64,000 nucleotides of DNA from the human T2T-CHM13v2.0 reference genome, Homo sapiens. Where the stretch lies: assembly GCF_009914755.1 (NCBI RefSeq), contig NC_060946.1. One strand, written 5' to 3'. Positions within the stretch are counted from its first letter, which is position 1. Each line of letters begins with the position of its first letter. Positions 1 to 16,381 of this stretch are shown one piece after another. Below the pieces are notes generated by a model. It made no database searches. It was not told the origin of the DNA and saw only the letters and a list, made by a program, of their open reading frames with translations. The translations under genes and the position numbers were made by a program.

Positions 1-2350
<2,350 letters not shown>

Positions 2351-2782
2351 TCAACACCTTGTAAAGTCAGTGAGTTGTTCCTCCTAAGACTGAGCTTTGG
2401 GGACTGTCAGTGGAACTCTGGGGGTGGAGTGAAGAGAAGCCTCAACAACCCCCACCAAGCCCGACTCACACCACCCCCGACATCCTCCCCAGAGCAAGAG
2501 CCCAGGCAGGCACACGCAGGGGGACTGGGAACTCGGTGTTCGTGTCTTTATTTGGAGACTGGGAGACAGATTACAGTTTAATGAGAGGAACGACGACTCA
2601 AGTGATCCGATGGGAAGGGTGAGTTTCCTGGCCCTTAGGGAGCGACAGTGCCCTGGACAGGAGGTCTTTGAGTGGGAGTGGACACTCTAGAGGCCTCCCC
2701 AGCTCCAGGCTGTGCACCTCTTGAGGGTGGGCAGGCTTGGGAGTCTGTGTCCTCATTGTCTCCTGTCTACCCTTGGCCACAG

Positions 2783-2883
2783 GCATCTCTGGGAAGAGCC
2801 AGATCCTGTTTGCTCTCGTCTTCACCACCAGGTACCTGGACCTGTTCACCAACTTCATCTCCATCTACAACACAGTAATGAAG
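2783..2883 (+). CDS. KDELR3: KDEL receptor 3, coding exon 2 (101 nt)
   Basis: cag|GC ATC TCT GGG AAG ... ATG AAG|gtgag; encodes (G)[36 protein letters not shown]2 family. Confidence 0.97.
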
Positions 2884-3074
2884 GTGAGGGGCTGGGTGAT
2901 GATGGTTGGGGGAAGCCACCAAGCCCCCACAAACTGTGAGGTAGCCTGCTTGGAAACTCATTCTGTGGAGCCAGGCCGACCTGGGTTTGAATCCTGACTT
3001 TGCTGCTTAGTGGCTGCAAGACCTCATCTTGGGCCTCTTTGTATGTCAGTGTCCTCGTGCAAAAATGAGGACAG

Positions 3075-5761
<2,687 letters not shown>

Positions 5762-6521
5762 TAGGAATCTTATTTCTAAGGAACAAGGGTTCCATGGGGG
5801 AATTCTATCTTGCAGGGCTATTGAGAAGATCACATGAGATAACATACAGCACCTAGAAAATATTTAACTAAAGTGAGTTGTCCTTTTCTTCCATATCAGA
5901 GACATCCCTTTGGGATTTCAGGCATGTTGTTACTAGTTGGTAGAGTGGAGGTTGCTGTTACTTGTGAGGTGTTGAACTCATTCAGATTTAGTGAATGTGA
6001 ATCTGAGGACTGGAAATCACCGTCTACTTAAGTTCACACATGTATCAAACATCACCTGCTAGTTCATTTCTCAGCCCAAGTCAGCCTTGGGCATTCCTGG
6101 CAGAGACAGCAGACTCAGCCCTTGCCATAGCTGAATGAGGTCTAGGAAGCTCAAAGAGGCTAGTTTCTACATTTATGAAATGAAAAAGTGACCACCTCAT
6201 TCACTCATTCCAGCATTTGTTTTGTGCCAGGGACTGAGTTAGGAGCTGGGGATTAGGAGGTGGACCTTGCCACGGAGTCCTCTCTTAGAGGGGAGATGGA
6301 CTTGTACCTAGACATTTACAGAGCATGTGATCACGGGCTAAAATGAGTATGTTCACATGGAGCTATGGCGACAGAATGTGTGCCTCATTGTAGTGAAAAA
6401 AAGACTGCTTCGAGGAAATAACTCCAAATAGGAGTACAAATAGGAGTGCTCTAGGCCAGTGTGGTCCTGCTCCGGCAGTATCAGCGTCACTTGGGAAACT
6501 TGTTAGAAATACAAACTTTTA

Positions 6522-9213
<2,692 letters not shown>

Positions 9214-9480
9214 TTAAAAGTAGTTTTCTATATAAATGCTCACGCTACACTGTGAAAAAAGCAGTGTACTGTATAATCTTTCAAAAATTAGAAAAAAAAA
9301 CCCTTATATTTACCTAGAGATGGTAGGTTAAACTGATTAAAATATTATAATTTTTATTGAGAACTTTTTTCCTCCTTACTGTACCTTCTCCAGCAAGCTA
9401 TTGTTTTAGTAATTATGTTCTTTTAAGATGGGCCTCTTCTTGGTCTTGCTCAGTCTCTGGTTGCTTTCTCTTTGGCTCAG

Positions 9481-9733
9481 ATCCTCTGGACTTTCTCTAT
9501 CTATCTGGAATCAGTGGCTATCCTGCCCCAGCTCTTCATGATCAGCAAGACTGGAGAGGCTGAGACCATAACTACTCACTACCTGTTCTTTCTGGGTCTG
9601 TACCGGGCACTCTACCTGGCTAACTGGATCAGGCGGTACCAGACTGAGAATTTCTATGACCAAATTGCAGTCGTGTCTGGAGTAGTACAAACCATCTTCT
9701 ACTGTGACTTCTTCTACTTGTATGGGACCAAAG
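9481..9733 (+). CDS. KDELR3: KDELR3 coding exon 4 (253 nt)
   Basis: ctcag|ATC CTC TGG ... ACC AAA G|gtaggt; [49 protein letters not shown]...DFFYLYGTK. Confidence 0.97.
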
Positions 9734-9792
9734 GTAGGTCCTGGGATGACAGCAATGCTGACACTGGCCTAAGGAGTTACTCATCCATTTAA
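9734..9792 (+). CDS. KDELR3: KDELR3 alternative C-terminus by read-through of the exon 4 donor (220-aa isoform)
   Basis: Frame continues [19 protein letters not shown] to TAA 9790-9792; AATAAA at 9880-9885. Confidence 0.75.
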
Positions 9793-10107
9793 TAAGTATT
9801 CCAGCAGATACAGATGTGAACAGTCAAGTCTCTGCCATCCACAATGCTTGTGTTCTAATGCAAGAAGACAAATATTTTCAATAAAGAAACAAATGCCATA
9901 AAAACATGCAGGCCAATAGGTTATGTGTACTATGCAAGACAGCTGTGAGATGACATTTGACAGAATACTTGGTTAGTAGTGAAAAACATTCCAGAACTTA
10001 TTACAAGCCCCAAGGCAACAACCAGCTTGGTGTGATGGACAAAAAGCCTAGTGGGGTCAAAATCTATAAACCTGGAGATGAGTCAACCAAGACCAGTTCA
10101 CATAGGG

Positions 10108-10289
10108 CAGGGGTGTCCAACCTTTTGGCTGCCCTGGCCCACACTGAAGAATTGTCGTGGGCCACACATAAAATACACTGACAGCTTATGAGCAAAAACA
10201 AACAAAAAGACACTTCATACGTTTTAAGAAAGTTTACAAATTCGTGTTGGGCCACAAAGCCATCCTGAGCCGCGGGTTGGACAAGCTTG
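10108..10289. mobile_element. MER30 (hAT-Charlie) element
   Basis: Ends caggggtgtccaaccttttggc ... gggttggacaagcttg. Confidence 0.8.
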
Positions 10290-10764
10290 ACCTAGCGCCT
10301 CGTAGGCCAGGGTAAGGGGCTTGCACTACATTCTGATTGCCAAGGGCAGGTATTGGGTCATTAAAAAACCCAATCCACTAGCTGCTATGTAGGGTAGAAA
10401 GCAGTCCAAGTACAGTGACTAGCTATGGGGCAGTTGCAGTTGATCAGGAAAAAGGCTCTAGGTAGAAAGACATGTGGACACAAGTTCTAGGACTTGAGAA
10501 GGACTGCTGATTTGATTGTATGAGATGTACAATAGACAATTTGAGGCCAATCGCTAAGTTTACAGCTGGGGGGAAGGGTGCCAGTAACCAAGTCGGGGAT
10601 CAGTAGGTCCATAGTCAACCGGAGATGGACTCCCCCTTTGCTTTAACAATCGAACATATACTGTGAGCCGGCCATTAAGAGATGATACCAAGATTATGCA
10701 TCAAGTTATAAAGCAGTCCTTTCATCAGATGGTAAATTCTTATTTCATCTCCATTTTCTTCCAG

Positions 10765-10805
10765 TCCTTAAGGGAAAGAAGTTAAGTCTTCCAATGCCAA
10801 TCTGA
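10765..10805 (+). CDS. KDELR3: KDELR3 last coding exon (214-aa isoform)
   Basis: ttcttccag|TC CTT AAG GGA AAG AAG TTA AGT CTT CCA ATG CCA ATC TGA = VLKGKKLSLPMPI*. Confidence 0.97.
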
Positions 10806-11715
10806 GGACCTTCAGAGACAGTCTACGCCTTAACAAGCACATGAAGGAAACTATTTTGAATGTTCTCTTTGGCAACTTATCCATAATTTGGGATCAAATG
10901 TTAAAACCAGAAAAGTGTTTAGTGTGGATTTCAGCAAAACCTGATCATCCCACCCAGAAGACCTTCTCATCAATAGATCGCCCTTAAAGACCCATTGTAA
11001 GGTCATAAAAAACCTCGGCCAACTGCACAAAGATGGTGCCTCACTGCAACAAGAAACCTTAAGGTGTCTTACCGACGAAATAAAAAACATAAATGATTGT
11101 TCTCCAAGGCCTGAGGGCAAGACTCATGATGAGCAAGTCAACCCCAATCTGGAACAATGTCCCTCCTCTTAGAATGTCCCAACTAAAGACCAGTTAAAAT
11201 ATTAGGGTACGTTCTTGTGAATTTCCACTTTCCAGGTAGATGACCAAATTTAGGTGGTCAAGATATAAAGGTGACAGCTAGTTTTAAGTGTGAAACTTAT
11301 TTCACTTTCACACTGCCTTCAGGCCAGAAGCAAACCAAATTTACCAGGTTTGGCTGGAGGAGTTTTGTGACTCATCTTTTACTGGTTTGAATTTTTTCAA
11401 ACCAGTGGCTGATACCTGCCTTGTACTTAGTACCTTAATACCAATAACCTAATGGTACTTAGGCGAGTACCATTTGCACAATCACTGTTTTACTTATGAG
11501 CAGATACAGATATATCCAAACCCTTACCTACTAGGTATCCTGCTAGGGTTTTCAATTCCAATTCTTGTATTAAGTTTTTTCCTTTCAGTTTTAGGTGCGA
11601 AAGTAATCAGTCAATCCAATATCCCCCATCTTTGTCTTGAAACAAAAACTGTTTTAAGACGTCTACGTTGAATTATTCAGAGAATTAAGCAATAAAAGCT
11701 CACACCTTATTGTCA
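10806..11715 (+). other. KDELR3: KDELR3 3'UTR (end approximate)
   Basis: From stop codon to AATAAA 11691-11696; a proximal AATAAA lies at 11079-11084. Confidence 0.85.
11691..11696 (+). terminator. KDELR3: KDELR3 poly(A) signal
   Basis: AATAAA followed by GT/T-rich tgtcaacagtgtttttattt. Confidence 0.85.
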
Positions 11716-14200
11716 ACAGTGTTTTTATTTATACCTACAAAAAGAAAACAAGATGATGGTATCAAAAGGACAATTTACAAACTAAGAATAGTAACATAGC
11801 TTTCAGCATCCTGTGCCTGAACATCACACATCTACAAGTCTTTCAAGTCTTAATGCAACAGGAATGTGTCTGGAGACCAGCAAGAACATCAATAGAGAGC
11901 ACTGATCCCAAGCAAAAGCCACTAACCTTTTAGATGAGAAGTCCACACAACAAATTGTTAGGGAGGATTGGGGAGAAGCAGCCCATTGCTTAATACATTG
12001 GAACCCTTTCCCTAAGTTGAGTTTCAACCATGAATGCAATAACTAGCATAAAACGATTCTTCTGCTCATGTTCTGAAGCCAACAGCAGAACCTGAATTAT
12101 AAGTGACAGACATGGAGGCAGAAGAGTTAAACTCTGCTAGATTTCAGCTGTGCTCAGGCCATAATAGTTTTTGAGGTTTGGAATTTACTGTTATTTTATG
12201 ATTGCAATGTCCCAGGTGGAAAAAGGGAAGCAAGCAATCCAAATAACCACTTGCTTGCCCAGAGACCTTTCCCTCAAACAGATGCTTTCAAGAGCTGCGA
12301 GAGAGTAGGGCATCCCTTGTGGTGGTACCTCTATGTTTAAAGAAAGAAGAAAAAAACCCAGATTTGGTTGTAGAAAACAATGCCCACAACAGACTGGCCA
12401 GTGCTTAGACAAATTTGGGGTTGGGGGGAACACTTTGGTTTGAAAGCACAGAGCAGTTTGCCATGTTTCTTCTGTGCCTACCATTCTCCCTTGGCCTCAA
12501 CTTCTGTAAGATGGGGGGGGACAAAAAGAGAAGTAAAGTTAAGAAGAAAGTGGAAAATTAAAAAAAAAGATGTCAAAGTTTTTACATGCATATATTTCAG
12601 CTTATGCTGAAGACCTACCTGTATGTTGCACATTGAATCATACTTTCAGAACCCCTCAGAAACCATCCCTCTCTCCCTAAAGAATTTTAAAAGGAAAACA
12701 AAACCTCGAGTATAGATCTTACAGATGAGCAAGCATTCAGGCCTTAGCCAAAGAATGCAGTGGAGCCTTCCCCCTTCAACTGCATTGTGAATGAATACCA
12801 ATTAACAGCATAAAAATTAATAGTCCCATATCAGATCTGGAAGGGGTTTCTGGGGCTGTCTGATGTCCCTATCCTGTTGTAGTGAACACAATAGCAGAAA
12901 ATTCTTTCTGGGTCCATCTGCTATAAAGTCTTGGTAAAACAGCATTACTATGAAGAGGATGAACTCACCTACCTTCAGATGGAGGAAAAGTGAAAAGGAC
13001 TTAGGCTTTAGTCCTCCATGACTTTTCTTAAGCACTACCTACCTGTAATAAGCTGAGTGCAAAAGGATGCCGAAGAAAATCTGCACCCAGAAGCTGTTAG
13101 AAAGCACTGCAGAGAACAGGGTATGAAGAAAATAAAGAGTTCTTAATAAACCCTTAAGATTCTTTGTTCAAGGTAACTTTGCCAAAAGGGCAGAGTAGGT
13201 GGCAAAGAGTTGCTTTTAATCTAGCTCTACACTGCATTTGAAAATAAAATTTGCCCATTTTGAATATATTGTTTATAATTAAATGTGCTTTTTACACTGC
13301 AGGTCAATATAAAAACTGGTTAGTAAATTTCCAGCGAGCATTTATGTTCATTTGCTCACAGCAGCTGTCTGGATGGAAAATTAATTTCACAGATGGTCCC
13401 CAGTTAAACTGGGAAGAAATATAGGCAGCTTCCACCCAGATGCTGAGATGCTACAGTTTAACCACTACAATAAACACTTGTGGTTTTTAATTTAAAGGAT
13501 ACACAAAACTCAGCAATTCAATTTCTAGCCTGACACTAAAATGGTTATTTTTCAGTAACGGGGGGAGAAGTGGGGAGGCAGAGTGTGAAGGGAAATAAAA
13601 CCAATTAGTAATTTTTAACTATCAAATGCACTCCAGCAATCAGTCAAAACAGGCCCGAGGAAACCTGTTCCAACTTAAGAAACATTTAAAAGCACAAAAG
13701 AAAATGTGCAGGGCAATCCCTCTTTGTTTTCTAACCCAGTAATGAGAAATTTAAAGCACAGATGCCATCTTCCTCTGCAAAACAATTCAGCCCTCCCCCT
13801 CCCTCCCTCCCCACCAACTCAGAAAAACAAAACATGGGGCTCCCACAAAAGGGCCTAATACCTTACTCTTTTAGATGAAAAATAGCTCAAATATCTTCAA
13901 CATGCAAGAAGTTGGGGGAAGAAATTAATCTCTTCCAGTCAGCTATATATATATATATATATATTTTTTTTTTACAAAATGTTATTCCAGACTGGATCAT
14001 TTTGGTGGGCAGAAGAAACCTGGCAGTGAATTCTAACTAATCTGCATGAAAAGACAAATCACGATGGTTGGGGGGAAAAATTAAAAAAAAAAAAAAGAAA
14101 AAAGGAAAAAAAAAGAAAAGGCGAAGAGGAAAAAAAAAGGAAAGACAGTGTTCCTTAAAATGTAATTAAGTCTGCTGGAGTCACTACCACTTGAGTGGTT
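11706..14200 (-). other. DDX17: DDX17 long 3'UTR (about 2.5 kb, no recognisable interspersed repeats)
   Basis: Between TGA 14201-14203 and the poly(A) signal; U-rich tract 14083-14140 and (AT)n near 13945-13963. Confidence 0.85.
11724..11729 (-). terminator. DDX17: DDX17 distal poly(A) signal
   Basis: tttatt on + = AATAAA on -; TGTA just upstream and GTGTG...TTTTATT downstream on -. Confidence 0.85.
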
Positions 14201-14706
14201 TCATTTACGTGAAGGAGGAGGAGGGGGAGGAGGAGGAGGGTATTGGTAGGCAGTCTGCCCCATGTAACCTATCATATTGGTAGCTCCCGGAGGCTGTGCA
14301 AACTGTTGTGACATCAGTGGCTGTGGCTGCTGCCCAGACCGGCCTATCCCACTAAACTGCTGGCTAGAGCTCTGTGAACTTCTCCCAGTTGAGGTGGTGC
14401 TACTAGCTCCATAAGTGCCAGCACCATATTCTTGAGCTGTATAGCTACTGGTGCCATAAGCAGCTGCCCCATAGGTGCCTTGACCATAGGTGTATTGGCC
14501 TGCTTGTGCTCCAAAGGCAGAATTTGGACTTCCATAGCCACTGCCATTAGCATAACCAGCTCTATCGGTTTCACTACGATCCCGATAGCTTGCAGAGTCT
14601 CTCCGGCCACCATCCTTGACTCCTCGAAGCCTTCGGTCACACTCATCCTGATACATCAGATTGGGATTGTTGGCTGAAGAAGTGGTCCGGTAACGAGAAC
14701 GACCAC
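14201..14706 (-). CDS. DDX17: DDX17 exon 13 coding part (low-complexity G/S/Y/Q tail ending in polyproline-SRK)
   Basis: ttag|GT GGT CGT TCT CGT TAC ... CGT AAA TGA; 506 nt. Confidence 0.97.
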
Positions 14707-15156
14707 CTAATGGGAAGATACAAGAAGATTTTTAATGGCAGATATAGGACCTAAACATAACAATGTAAAAATTCTACTGGGTACAAAAGTATTAAACATG
14801 TCTCCTTGATATTTAGTTATGCTGGCCAGCCTCCCAATTAGTACTGTAAAAATATACTCATAATTTGATTCTTTAATGGGGCACATTCAAAAGCACAGTA
14901 AAAATTAAAGGACACTAGACCTTTTCACCCTTTTAGGCCCCTTACTTGAGGATGATCAAGAAACACGGTATTACAATATGAAACCTTGAGTCAGGAAGCC
15001 CAGATCCTAGGATATTCTGCAACTGTAGATGCAACTGCTATGTCTCAGTTTCTACCCACCACTAAACAGTGTAAAATGACTGACCTCTCCGTATGGAAAA
15101 CTGGAAACCTAATATACTACTAAGCATTTTTGAAAGTATTAAAAAAGCAACCATGA

Positions 15157-15946
<790 letters not shown>

Positions 15947-16144
15947 TTAGCTTAACTAATAGGACTATCACAACAAACTTCACGTTTTCTTAGTTGAAAA
16001 AGGTTATAAAAAGCATTAGGCAGTGTCCTTTGCTATTAAGCAACATACTTACAGCCTTCTTAAAAACAGCAACTAAAAGCAAGTCACAGAAGGCGTAAAG
16101 AGATACCTTGGCAGTACCTGGAAAACTCCAGGACTTACCCTTAC

Positions 16145-16381
16145 CCCCGCCTCCGCCGCCTCCTCTGTGGTCCACAAGCTGCATCAGTTTTGGATTGATA
16201 GCCTGATTGGCCTCTTCCAGCACTTTGATAAGCTCTCTGGCCTGTTTTAGGTTCCCTGGGGTGAAGAAGGTATAGGCGGTACCCTTGTTGGTGCTACGGG
16301 CTGTTCGGCCAATACGGTGCACATAATCCTCTGAGCTGTTTGGATAGTCATAGTTGATCACAAACTTGACATCTTCCACAT
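16145..16381 (-). CDS. DDX17: DDX17 exon 12 (237 nt; 243 nt with the alternative donor, exon end 16139)
   Basis: [29 protein letters not shown] (motif VI)...HRGGGGGG; acceptor gaag|AT, donors G|gtaagg and G|gtaagt. Confidence 0.95.

Noticed and set aside
14344-14677. Overlapping alternate-frame and antisense ORFs in DDX17 exon 13
   Set aside because: Shadows of the real coding frame; no independent start or splice support
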